Positions 29,973-39,407 of a stretch of DNA of 64,000 bases are shown one piece after another. The DNA is from Paraliomyxa miuraensis (GTDB taxonomy: Bacteria > Myxococcota_A > Polyangia > Nannocystales > Nannocystaceae), in assembly GCF_026337845.1 (NCBI RefSeq), contig NZ_JAOVZF010000146.1, positions 57,015 to 121,014 on the forward strand, given 5' to 3'. A program made the position numbers and the translations under genes. Under the pieces are notes generated by a model. It saw only the letters and a program-made list of their open reading frames with translations. It was not told where the DNA came from and ran no database searches. Within the stretch, counting starts at the first letter, position 1, and each line of letters begins with the position of its first letter.

Positions 29973-31349
29973 TCAATCGCGCCGACGCCAAAGACCCAGC
30001 GTCAAGAGCACGAGCAATGCCGTTCCCGGCCCCGTGCCGGTGCTCGAATCACCGCGTGTGCCGTCCGTGGCCCGGCAGGCACATCCTTCGTCACCCGAGT
30101 CGTCGAGCTCGGGACCCGTGGTGGCCGCGCCCGTGCCGGCTCCCGTGCCCCCGGGGAGATCGTCCCCCGTGCCCTCTCCCGCGGTGGGATCGCCCCCGGT
30201 GCTGTCGTCCGCTCCCGTCTCGTCGGAGCCCTCCATGGGGCCGTTGACGATCACGAACGTGACCTCGGCCGAGGCCGGATTGCCGCCCTCGTCGACGATG
30301 TCGACCCGGATGGTGTGCGGGCCGTTGCCGAGCCCGTGGCCCATTGGGGCATCGCCACCATTGACCGGGAAGGTGTGGGTGGCGTTGATGAGCGAGACGT
30401 CGGCCGCCTCGGCGTCGTCGAAGTACACCGTGGTCGCCAGCACGGCGGGACGGCGGTCGTCGTCGAGCGTGACCGTGAGCTCGAAGTCGGTCTCGTAGTC
30501 GAGCTCCTGGCCGTCGAGGGGCGAGTCGATCGTCACCAGGGGCGCCACCTGGTCGGGAATCGGGGGCCCGAACAGCAGCAGCATCTCCTGGTAGGAGTTC
30601 TGCTGGTTGGCGTTGCAGAACATGGTGTGGACCGAGTTGCAGGCCGCGTTGGTGGGGTTCAGGGCGACGTCGGCCACCACCGTGCTGCAGGTGTCCTGGT
30701 ACTTGGGATCACTGGCTCCCCCGGTGGAGGGGAACAGGTTGTCGGAGGGGTCGTCGACGTGCTCGAGGCCCCAGGTGTGGGCGGCCTCCTGGTGGATGAC
30801 GGTGGCCTGGATGTTGGCGTTGTCGTTGACGAGGAACGAGAAGCTCGTGATGTTGGGGTTGGTGTTGCTGCAGTCGATGCCCGGTGCCACGCCCCCCACG
30901 CCCGGTGGGCCTCCGCCGTTGGGGACGCCGGCAACCACCATTGCATAGGGATTGCCCGCGGGCGGTCGTTCGCCCACCACGATCACCCCGAAGTCCTCCA
31001 CGTCCTCGCGGGTGGCCTGGATGATCGCCGCGCGCGTGGCGGGGCTGCCGGGGTGCTCGAGGAACTGCGTGTTGGGGAAGATCGTGGTGCAGTCCTGCAG
31101 CGAGTTGTTGCCGCAGCCGCCGTTCATGAACGGCCCCTCGAAGTTCACGTACAGCACGGTCGGGGTGTTGAACCCCGCCTGGACGTCGGGCTCGTGGCCC
31201 AGGCCCATGTGCATCGGGGGACGGGCCGGGTCGGTGATCGGCATCACCGGAGGGGGATCGAGCGGCTGTGGCTCCGGCGCCGCGGGAACGACCACACCCG
31301 AGCCCGCAATCCACGCCGTCGCGGCCAACCAAGAGATAACCAAAGCCAT
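29973..31349 (-). CDS. Secreted zinc metalloprotease with a MYXO-CTERM sorting domain
   Basis: HQEAAHTWGLEH is an HExxHxxGxxH zincin motif. The C-terminal GCACRA...ALLVLLTLGLWRRRD tail is the MYXO-CTERM signature. Confidence 0.8.
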   Translation of the reverse strand: MALVISWLAATAWIAGSGVVVPAAPEPQPLDPPPVMPITDPARPPMHMGLGHEPDVQAGFNTPTVLYVNFEGPFMNGGCGNNSLQDCTTIFPNTQFLEHPGSPATRAAIIQATREDVEDFGVIVVGERPPAGNPYAMVVAGVPNGGGPPGVGGVAPGIDCSNTNPNITSFSFLVNDNANIQATVIHQEAAHTWGLEHVDDPSDNLFPSTGGASDPKYQDTCSTVVADVALNPTNAACNSVHTMFCNANQQNSYQEMLLLFGPPIPDQVAPLVTIDSPLDGQELDYETDFELTVTLDDDRRPAVLATTVYFDDAEAADVSLINATHTFPVNGGDAPMGHGLGNGPHTIRVDIVDEGGNPASAEVTFVIVNGPMEGSDETGADDSTGGDPTAGEGTGDDLPGGTGAGTGAATTGPELDDSGDEGCACRATDGTRGDSSTGTGPGTALLVLLTLGLWRRRD

Positions 31350-31487
31350 CGTGCTGCCCTCCGCGGCGATCTTGCGGGGTCGCCTGCGCAGGCGTCAAGC
31401 GCTGCGTCGTCCCGCCCGGGTGTGCTCACGGGGCGGGACGTGAGGGCGCCGCAGGTGCGTGCGCTCGGTCGTCCGATCTCGATCGGC

Positions 31488-31847
31488 TCAGGACTTGTCG
31501 GCCTCGTCGGCGGGCTCGTCCGCGGGCGCGTCGGCCTTCGCATCGCCCTCGCCGGCCTTGACCGCGGCGCTGCCGTCGTCCTTGGCCTCCTTGCCGCAGG
31601 CACCCTCGCCACATGCGGCCTCCTTGGCGGCCGCCTTGTCGGCGCCGCACTGGCCCTCGCCGCAGGCGTGCTCACCGGCCTTCGCGTCGGCCTTGGCATC
31701 GGCCTTCACGTCGGTCTTGGCATCGGCCTTCTTCTCGTCCTTCTTGACCTCGGCCGCATCCTTCTTGGCATCGTCCTTGTCGCAGGCGTTGAGCACGAGG
31801 CCGCTGCCGAGCAGGGCAAGGGCGGTCGAGATGGTCTTGATGTCCAT
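31488..31847 (-). CDS. Small Lys/Ala/Asp-rich lipoprotein with two CGEG.CG motifs
   Basis: Signal peptide with lipobox (LVLNAC). Low-complexity KADAKAD repeats, plus ACGEGQCGA and ACGEGACG motifs that could bind metal. Confidence 0.45.
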   Translation of the reverse strand: MDIKTISTALALLGSGLVLNACDKDDAKKDAAEVKKDEKKADAKTDVKADAKADAKAGEHACGEGQCGADKAAAKEAACGEGACGKEAKDDGSAAVKAGEGDAKADAPADEPADEADKS

Positions 31848-32007
31848 GGGCGATCGTCTCCGTTCCGGTGGGGGATGGTCCGTGCGAGGACCGGACGCGA
31901 ATCGTACGGAGGCCCGGTCGGCAAGGGAAGCGGGAACGACCAGGGCCGCCGGAACGGGAGATGCGGCCCCGCCCGGCTCGGAGCGCCGCGGGAAGGGTCC
32001 ACGCCGC

Positions 32008-32745
32008 TCAGTCTTCGAGCGCCTTCTGGGTGAGGCGAATGAGCCGGGGGGTCTCGGTGACCAGCTTCTCGAGGTCGATGGTGCGGGTCGAGCGGTAGAC
32101 GAAGCCGACCAGGTGATCCTCGTGGCGCCACATCACCAGGTAGCCGCGCTCCTTGACCTGCGTGGTCCCGGAGAGGCCGTCGATCTGCTTGAAGCCCACC
32201 GTCACGTCGTCGACCACCTGCACCCGGGGCATGTCGCCGATGGCCTGGTCGATGGCGGCGGGATCGTCGTGCACCTTCTGGAAGATCGGCTCCACCACCG
32301 TCTCGCTGTCGGTTGCATCGGCGAGCACCTTGGCGGCCTCGAGCGCCACGGGAGCCAGCTGTACGCCGTTGACGAGCACCGTCTCGATCGTGAGCACGGA
32401 ATCCGCCCCGCTGGCCTGACCCTCGAGCCACGACTTGGCCGTCTGGCTCAGCTCGCCATCGTTGGTGAGATCGTGGAACAGCGCCTTCGCGCCCGACTTG
32501 GTGGCATCGGCGAGGTCGCTCGCGGCCTGCTTGGACTTGTCGGCCAGCTCGCCGGCGGCCTTCTTGGACGCGTCGGCGGCCTCGTCGGCCAGCTCGCCCG
32601 CCTTCTTCTTCGAGGCATCGAGCGCCTGCTGCGAGGCCTCGCGAGCCGCTTGCTCGCCGGCCTTGACGGTGTCGTCGGCCGAGTCGCACGAGAGCGGACC
32701 GAGCAGGAGGAGAGCCGAGGCGAGGCGAGCGCGGCGCGTGGGCAT
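32008..32745 (-). CDS. Hypothetical lipoprotein (N-terminal coiled-coil, Ala/Lys/Asp-rich)
   Basis: Start at MPTRRARLASALLLLGPLSC (lipobox). The upstream 98 codons of the track ORF overlap the tRNA-Ser region and are not coding. Confidence 0.5.
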   Translation of the reverse strand: MPTRRARLASALLLLGPLSCDSADDTVKAGEQAAREASQQALDASKKKAGELADEAADASKKAAGELADKSKQAASDLADATKSGAKALFHDLTNDGELSQTAKSWLEGQASGADSVLTIETVLVNGVQLAPVALEAAKVLADATDSETVVEPIFQKVHDDPAAIDQAIGDMPRVQVVDDVTVGFKQIDGLSGTTQVKERGYLVMWRHEDHLVGFVYRSTRTIDLEKLVTETPRLIRLTQKALED

Positions 32746-32785
32746 CGGCCGAGCACGATAGCAGGCGGCGGTGGCTTCGAAGAAC

Positions 32786-32821
32786 GAAGACCTCCGACCG
32801 GAATCCCGGCGGAGGTCTTTC
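32786..32821 (-). terminator. Hairpin (GACCTCCG / CGGAGGTC stem) followed by a T-containing tract, downstream of tRNA-Ser
   Basis: An inverted repeat forming an 8-10 bp GC-rich stem lies immediately 3' of the tRNA on the minus strand. Confidence 0.4.
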
Positions 32822-32825
32822 GTTG

Positions 32826-32912
32826 CGGAACGGGAGGGATTCGAACCCTCGGTAGAGTTTCCCCTACGCAGATTTAGCAAACCTGTGCCTTCAGCCACTC
32901 GGCCACCGTTCC
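32826..32912 (-). tRNA. tRNA-Ser (anticodon GCT)
   Basis: Reverse complement reads GGAACGGTGGCCGAGTGGCTGAAGGCACAGGTTTGCTAAATCTG...GAGGGTTCGAATCCCTCCCGTTCCG. Acceptor, D, anticodon (GCT) and T arms are present, with a long variable arm typical of Ser tRNAs. Confidence 0.85.
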
Positions 32913-33058
32913 ACAGGTCCCGGGGTGCTCGGGGCACCCTTTCCAAATTGGCGCTTTGCTGGTTTGCGGGGGCGGGAAGGTAACCGCGGTCGGGGGGCCC
33001 TGGCAAGCGGGGGCACCGGGGGCTGCTCCTTGCTGGCACGGGCGGCGGTGGGCATGCT

Positions 33059-33808
33059 GTGGCCGCGATGGGGCAGCGCGGCAGGAGGCTCTGGCGGGGC
33101 TTGGCCGAGCTCGGGATGGCCTTTGGCGGGCTCGTGCTCGGCTACGTGGTGGTCGCGGCGGGGATGAGCGCCGTGGGCCTGGGCTCCGGGCCGCTCGCCT
33201 TGCTGGCGGGGCCCCTGATCACCGGGGTGGCGGCGGCCTTCTACGGCAAGATCGGGCCGCTGTGGGCTGCGATGGCCAGGGGGCAGGAGGACGAGCCCGA
33301 CCCCGATCCCGCTCCTTGGCACGAGCCACCGGTCGCTGGCTTGGGGACGGCACTGGTCACGGTGCCCCTGGGGGTGCTCGCGGCGCTGGGGGGGAGCATC
33401 CTCTTGGGGCTGCTGCTCGAGCAGCTCGGGATGCGGGTGCAGGAGCAGTCGAGCGTCCTGGAGATCACCGAGGGGGTTGTCGCCCGAGGATTCGACCTGC
33501 AGGCGAGCATGCTGGTGCTCGCGGCGCTCGTGCTGGCGCCCATCGCCGAGGAGTGGCTGTTTCGGGGCTTGCTGTTTCGCCGGGTCACCGCCGTCTCCGG
33601 GCGCGGGCTGGCCTACGCCGTCAGCGCGCTGGGCTTTGCGGCAATCCACGGCAACCCGGCCGGCTTCGTGGTCTATCTATGGCTGGGGTTGGTGTTCGCG
33701 GCGGTGTTGGAGCGCAGTGGACGGCTGTGGACCGCGGTGCTGGTGCACATGGGGAACAATGGGTTCGTGCTGGCGCTGCTGTTCAGCGGCAGCGAGCTGG
33801 CCGGGTAG
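33059..33808 (+). CDS. CPBP-family intramembrane glutamic endopeptidase (CAAX protease-like)
   Basis: EEWLFRG, FAAIHG and HMGNN motifs, with several transmembrane helices. Confidence 0.8.
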   Translation: MAAMGQRGRRLWRGLAELGMAFGGLVLGYVVVAAGMSAVGLGSGPLALLAGPLITGVAAAFYGKIGPLWAAMARGQEDEPDPDPAPWHEPPVAGLGTALVTVPLGVLAALGGSILLGLLLEQLGMRVQEQSSVLEITEGVVARGFDLQASMLVLAALVLAPIAEEWLFRGLLFRRVTAVSGRGLAYAVSALGFAAIHGNPAGFVVYLWLGLVFAAVLERSGRLWTAVLVHMGNNGFVLALLFSGSELAG

Positions 33809-33927
33809 GGCGCGACGGGGAGGTCGGGGAGGCCGGGGAGGGCGTGAGGGATCGCTCGCGCTGGTGGGTGAACGGGGTTGCGAGGTGGCACCGGGATGGG
33901 TAGTCTCCGCGACCCACGAGCGCTCAT

Positions 33928-34001
<74 letters not shown>

Positions 34002-34008
34002 CTGCGAG

Positions 34009-34037
34009 AAGCCCCCTTCGAGGGGCTTTTCTGTTTT
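34009..34037 (+). terminator. Rho-independent terminator after tRNA-Arg (AAGCCCC-cttcga-GGGGCTT plus TTTTCTGTTTT)
   Basis: 7-bp GC stem, 6-nt loop and a T-tract immediately 3' of the tRNA. Confidence 0.7.
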
Positions 34038-34192
34038 CGGGGAGCGGCCGGGAGTTCGCAGGGAGTTCGGGTGAGCGCGGCGGTCGTGGCCCCCGGCCCC
34101 GGGTCTCGCCGGGCGCATCCTGGGGCCGCTGGGGCGCCGAGAAAGGGCACGTGCTCGGAGGCTGGCTGTCGGGCTCTGGCGCCGCGTGACTG

Positions 34193-35263
34193 CTACTTCG
34201 CGGCTTCGCCACCGACGGCCGTGTCGCCTGCCGACCGCAGGCGAGCGAATGCCTCGCACGCTGCATCGTCTCCGAGCTTGCACCCCGCCTTGTAGAACGC
34301 CGCGGCCTTCTTGGCGTTGGGCTCGATCCCCTCGCCCGTTTCCAAGGCGGTCGCAGCGTGCACACAGGCGGCAGCGTTGCCGGCCTTGCACGCCCTCGCC
34401 GTGTACTCGAGCGATTCGACGTAGGCCCCGGCGTCATAGCGCTGCCGTGCAAGGGCAAGGCACGCGTCTGCGCTACCGTCGTCACAGGCCGCGCTCAGAT
34501 CCCCCGGTAGCGGGGTCGCACGGGGATCGACACATGGCGAGGAAGCCCCCCAATCCTCGGACGCCGCGAGGGCCTCTCCGTAGTGCTCGCATGCTGGTAC
34601 CGAGGGGAAGCAAGCAACGATGCTTGCGCCGTCGCTGGCCCTGCTCGCCTCCGAGCACACGACGTTGGCCGTGGGGCTACACAACGATCTGATCTGCAAC
34701 CCAGCAGGGAGGAGATACTCGGCGTAGGCGTTGCATTCCTCCAAGGTCGACCGACAGCCGCCCGTTTCGCGGCCGTCCGCATCGCCCAAGAAACACCACT
34801 GCTCGGAGATTTCCTGCTGGGGAGGCACGGCATCCGGTGACTCTTCCGCTGGACCCGTCGCTACACAACGCACGTAACCCTCGGCGCGCGACTTGTCGAA
34901 TTGGATCTCCGGCGCTTCCGTGATCGTGCCCTCCACGTAGGTGGTATTGCCGTGGGTGGTTGCAGTCGCGTCGATCTGGTCCGACCCGATCGTCTGCGAG
35001 TGCGTGGTCGTGGCCGCGGAGTGACTGATGATCTGGTATTTGGACGGTCCCCCGCAGATCTCCGCGGCGCGCTGGTGCCAGCCGGCGATGACCTCGTCGC
35101 GAGACGTGAACCCGTTGCCCTCGAAGCTCACGAAGTGCACGCTCGGTTGGGCTTCGAAGTCGCTGTAGCCCCCTCGAAAGCCGGAGCTTGCGGGGGCGTA
35201 GGGCGTCTTTACCCAGCAAGCCGCGGCGAACGGAATGACCAGCGGGATCAGAAGCCGGCGCAT
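34193..35263 (-). CDS. Cys-rich lipoprotein with C-terminal Sel1/TPR-like repeats
   Basis: Start at MRRLLIPLVIPFAAAC (lipobox). The C-terminal AYVESLEYTARACKAGNAAAC / AAAFYKAGCKLGDDAACEAF stretch resembles Sel1 repeats. The upstream 216 codons of the track ORF are not coding. Confidence 0.55.
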   Translation of the reverse strand: MRRLLIPLVIPFAAACWVKTPYAPASSGFRGGYSDFEAQPSVHFVSFEGNGFTSRDEVIAGWHQRAAEICGGPSKYQIISHSAATTTHSQTIGSDQIDATATTHGNTTYVEGTITEAPEIQFDKSRAEGYVRCVATGPAEESPDAVPPQQEISEQWCFLGDADGRETGGCRSTLEECNAYAEYLLPAGLQIRSLCSPTANVVCSEASRASDGASIVACFPSVPACEHYGEALAASEDWGASSPCVDPRATPLPGDLSAACDDGSADACLALARQRYDAGAYVESLEYTARACKAGNAAACVHAATALETGEGIEPNAKKAAAFYKAGCKLGDDAACEAFARLRSAGDTAVGGEAAK

Positions 35264-35668
35264 CCGAGGATCTCTACCATGACCGAGCCCACGGGCGTTA
35301 CGGCAAGGATCCCGGCGACCCGTGACCATGACCCTTTCGAGCCACGTCCCCCCGATCTCGTCTCGGCCTGGGCCGACCCGGAGGCGCTGGGGCTCCCCGC
35401 GATGACCGAGCCGCAGACGGCGACCTCGCCGTGTTCCTGGCCAACAACGACGCGCCCGAGGTGAACGCGCTCTTCGACGCCTACCGTCCGTGAACACCAC
35501 GGGTGCTGGCGCCGAACTCGAAGCTGCGGGGGAGGGTGGTAGAGGTGGCGGTGGACCGGGCGGACGGGCCCAGGCACCGACCCCGTGCCGCGCTACTTCG
35601 TCGATCTCTGATCCCGAGGGTCCCAAACCCCGCCAAACCGCCCCTGGGACCCCTCGGATCGCTGCTCC

Positions 35669-35700
35669 TTGACATGTGACCAAAAGGTCACCTATTGTCC
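35669..35700 (+). promoter_or_regulatory. Sigma-70-like promoter (TTGACA, 18-nt spacer, TATTGT) with an embedded perfect palindrome GTGACCaaaaGGTCAC, putative ArsR operator
   Basis: The -35 and -10 hexamers and the 6-4-6 inverted repeat in the spacer sit directly upstream of the ArsR-family gene. ArsR/SmtB repressors bind inverted repeats that overlap their own promoters. Confidence 0.5.
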
Positions 35701-35705
35701 CCGGT

Positions 35706-36035
35706 GTGCCGGAGGTCGCCAGCGACGACGCCGTGTTCAAGGCGCTGGCCGACCGTACGCGACGCTCACTTCTCGACCGCCTGTTCGAGCGCGATGGCGC
35801 GAGCCTGGGCGAGCTCGAGGCCGAGCTGAGCATGTCTCGCTTCGGCGTGATGAAGCACCTGCGGATCCTCGAGGACGCAAACCTCGTGATCACCCGCAGG
35901 TCCGGCCGCAAGAAGCTGCACTACCTGAACCCAGTCCCGATTCGACTGATCCACGACCGTTGGATCGACAAGTACACCGAGCGACGAGTCTCGATGCTCG
36001 TCGACCTCAAGACCAAGCTGGAGTCACGAGAATGA
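35706..36035 (+). CDS. ArsR/SmtB-family transcriptional regulator
   Basis: The FKALADRTRRSLLDRL...LSMSRFGVMKHLRILEDANLV helix-turn-helix is typical of ArsR. The track start (GTG 35676) lies inside the promoter spacer, so I chose the GTG at 35706. The transcript may be leaderless. Confidence 0.75.
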   Translation: MPEVASDDAVFKALADRTRRSLLDRLFERDGASLGELEAELSMSRFGVMKHLRILEDANLVITRRSGRKKLHYLNPVPIRLIHDRWIDKYTERRVSMLVDLKTKLESRE

Positions 36036-36526
36036 GCACCACCACCGATCCTGCCACCACGAAGATCTTCGAGATCTACATCAAGGCCCCCGCCTCCGAG
36101 ATCTGGACCGCGATCACCGATCCCGAGTGGACGGCGCGGTACGGCTACAAGGGCCCGTCCCAGTACGAGCTGCGCCCCGGCGGCGCCTTTCGAGCCCATG
36201 CCACGCCGGGGATGCGCGAGATGGGCCTGCCCGACGTCGTCGTCGACGGCGAGGTGCTCGAGGTCGACCCGCCGCGCAAGCTGGTGCAGACCTACCGCTT
36301 CCTGTTCAACGAGGAGACCAAGGCCGAGGGCTTCTCGCGCCTGACCTGGGAGATCAACGAGACCGGGGCGGGCTTCTGCCGCGTCACCATCACGCACGAG
36401 CTCGAGGGGCTGCCGGGCATGGCCGGGGCGGTCTCCAGCAAGTTCAACGAGCAGGGCGGCGGCGGCTGGGGCTGGATCCTCAGCGACCTCAAGTCCCTGC
36501 TCGAGACCGGCAAGGCGATGGCCTGA
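36032..36526 (+). CDS. SRPBCC-superfamily protein (AHSA1 / activator of Hsp90 ATPase-like)
   Basis: 164 aa. ATGA overlap with the ArsR stop. This ArsR plus SRPBCC pairing is a common two-gene cassette. Confidence 0.75.
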   Translation: MSTTTDPATTKIFEIYIKAPASEIWTAITDPEWTARYGYKGPSQYELRPGGAFRAHATPGMREMGLPDVVVDGEVLEVDPPRKLVQTYRFLFNEETKAEGFSRLTWEINETGAGFCRVTITHELEGLPGMAGAVSSKFNEQGGGGWGWILSDLKSLLETGKAMA

Positions 36527-36535
36527 CGAGCCGCG

Positions 36536-36640
36536 TCACCGGGGGAGCCGAGGCGCTCGATCACACGCGGCACCACGCTCCGCGTGCTCACCTCGGCTCC
36601 GCCCGCTCGATCATCCTCGTCGAGGTACCAGATCGCCGCT
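36536..36640 (-). pseudogene. Remnant of the 3' end of an SGNH-hydrolase gene (paralogous to 37684-38424)
   Basis: About 80% nucleotide identity over some 65 nt with 37681-37770 (gccgaggcgctcga.cac..gcggcaccacg...). The minus-strand translation RAGGAEVSTRSVVPRVIERLGSPGD matches the C-terminus RSGAKVLARHVVPQVVERLGATE of the intact gene. Confidence 0.5.
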
Positions 36641-37587
36641 CACGCGGCGATCGAGATCGCGACCTTGCCGGTGCTGCGGCCCCGCTCGACGTAGGCGTGG
36701 GCCTCGGCGATCTTCTCGAGGGGATAGGTGCGATCGAGGACCACGCGGACCTCGTTGCGCTCGAACCACCCCGCCAGGGCCTCGACGTCGCTGCCGCGCG
36801 GGACCACGTACATGGACTTGTAGGGCTTGCTGGGCAGGAGCTTGCTCAGCAGGGCGCGGAGCATGATCTTGGGGTTGGAGGCGACCTCCACGCAGCGGCC
36901 CCCCGCGACCAGCAATCGGCGGGCCGCGAACACGCCGATGTTGCCGACGCAGTCGATGATCACGTCGTAGGCCGCCCGGGCGGCGAAGGGATCCTGCTTG
37001 GTGTAGTCGATGACCTCGTCGGCGCCCAGGCTCAGCAGCAGCTCGCGCTTGGAGGTGCTGCCGACCGCCGTGACGTGACAGCCGAGGGCCTTGGCGATCT
37101 GCACGGCGAAGGTCCCCACTCCTCCCCCGGCGCCGTTGATCAGCACCCGCTCGCCGGGGCGCACCGCGACCACGCTGGTGAGCGCCTGCTGGGCGGTGAG
37201 ACCCGAGCCCGGGCTGGCGCCCGCCTCCTCCCACGACAGCGAGGCCGGCTTCTTCGCCGCGGCCGCGGCGTCGATCACCGCATACTCGGCATGCGCACCG
37301 CAGACGCGGATGTCGATGAAGCCGAACACCTCGTCGCCCACGGCGAAGCCCTCGACCTCGCGGCCCACGCCCTCGACCACCCCGGCGAAGTCGACCCCCA
37401 GCGGGGTCGGCAGCCGCAGGCGGATGAAGGAGCGCAGGGCCCCGCTGCGGATGGCGCAGTCGACGGGGTTGACCGATGACGCCCGCACCCGGACGAGCAG
37501 CTGCCGGGGCCCGGGGGTCGGCTTGTCGACCTCGCGGATCTCGAGGGCTTCGGGACGACCATACTGGGAGATGACGGCGGCTCGCAT
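36640..37587 (-). CDS. Zinc-type alcohol dehydrogenase / NADPH:quinone oxidoreductase (MDR superfamily)
   Basis: Start MRAAVISQYGRPEALEIREV.... GAGGGVG NAD(P)-binding motif. About 315 aa. Confidence 0.85.
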   Translation of the reverse strand: MRAAVISQYGRPEALEIREVDKPTPGPRQLLVRVRASSVNPVDCAIRSGALRSFIRLRLPTPLGVDFAGVVEGVGREVEGFAVGDEVFGFIDIRVCGAHAEYAVIDAAAAAKKPASLSWEEAGASPGSGLTAQQALTSVVAVRPGERVLINGAGGGVGTFAVQIAKALGCHVTAVGSTSKRELLLSLGADEVIDYTKQDPFAARAAYDVIIDCVGNIGVFAARRLLVAGGRCVEVASNPKIMLRALLSKLLPSKPYKSMYVVPRGSDVEALAGWFERNEVRVVLDRTYPLEKIAEAHAYVERGRSTGKVAISIAA

Positions 37588-37683
37588 GGTCCCATCATGA
37601 TGGATTCCCATCGGAGAACAATGGGATTGGATTCCGTTCAATGATGAATCAGAGTTGACAATCGGCCGCTCGGGCCGGCGCCG

Positions 37684-38424
37684 TCACTCCGTGGCGCCGA
37701 GGCGCTCGACCACCTGCGGCACCACGTGCCGCGCGAGCACCTTGGCTCCGCTGCGGCTGTAGTGGATCCCGTCGGGCGAGCGCACCCGCACCAGCCGGCC
37801 GTCGACCTTCATCTCGTCGACGTAGTTGCCGCGGTCGTCCGAGAGCGCCGAGCGCGTCTCGATGAACCATCCGTTGGCGCGTGCCGCCATGCGCTCCTCG
37901 AAGATCGCGTTCATCCGCTGCATGCGAAGGTCGAGCTTGCTCTGCCGCATGGCGGGCATGCCCATCCAGAACAGCTGCTCGCCGTCGGGCATCACGGCGT
38001 CGGCGAAGGCGTCGACGCGACGGCCGTACTCCTCGCTCCACGCCTCGTTGGTCCAGCGGATCCACTCCACGTCGGACTCGGGGGGCATGCGCAGGCCCTG
38101 ACCGTCGTTGCCCCCGAACATCACGATCGTGGCGTGCGGCCGAAACTCGGCGTGAGCCTCGGCCGCGACCTTCGGCCAGTCGTAGAAGTCGGGCCGGGCC
38201 AGCCCCGAGGCGCTCTTGGACTTGCGCTCGGTGACGTGGCCCGCGGCCTGCAGCCCGTCGCTCAGCTCCTTGCCCAGCGCTCCCACCATCGCGCTGCCAC
38301 CCACGATCAGCACGCGGAGGTCCTCGGTGCTCGCCCCGGCGCGTCGCGGCACGAACGGCAGCGCCAGCCCGGCGGAGAGACCCAGCACGAAGGTACGGCG
38401 ATCGGTGAGCTGCGATCGGGACAT
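37684..38424 (-). CDS. SGNH/GDSL-family hydrolase with a Tat signal peptide
   Basis: Start at MSRSQLTDRRTFVLGLSAGLALPF (twin-arginine motif). GGSAM block I and GGNDG block III of SGNH hydrolases. Confidence 0.7.
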   Translation of the reverse strand: MSRSQLTDRRTFVLGLSAGLALPFVPRRAGASTEDLRVLIVGGSAMVGALGKELSDGLQAAGHVTERKSKSASGLARPDFYDWPKVAAEAHAEFRPHATIVMFGGNDGQGLRMPPESDVEWIRWTNEAWSEEYGRRVDAFADAVMPDGEQLFWMGMPAMRQSKLDLRMQRMNAIFEERMAARANGWFIETRSALSDDRGNYVDEMKVDGRLVRVRSPDGIHYSRSGAKVLARHVVPQVVERLGATE

Positions 38425-38520
38425 CGACGCGACCTTAGACCACGCGCGCGACGGGGGAAACATTTCGCGTGGAGCAAAGACGCGCTGCGTACCTCGGTAC
38501 CAGCTCACCGCTCGCTCGGC

Positions 38521-39264
<744 letters not shown>

Positions 39265-39407
39265 GTGCGACCGGAGCTGCAACGATCGATCCAGCCGCTT
39301 CGCGGTCCGAGCGTGGCGGCTGCGAGGTCCATCCGTGTCGAGCGAACACACCCTGCTCGCGAGCGCACGGGTTGGAATCCATGCCGCCGGCGCGGTCCAA
39401 GCCCTCG

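Noticed and set aside
36292-36591. 99-aa minus-strand ORF
   Set aside because: Only its first 20 codons resemble a protein (the SGNH hydrolase C-terminus). The rest runs antisense into the SRPBCC gene, so it is treated as a pseudogene fragment rather than a CDS.
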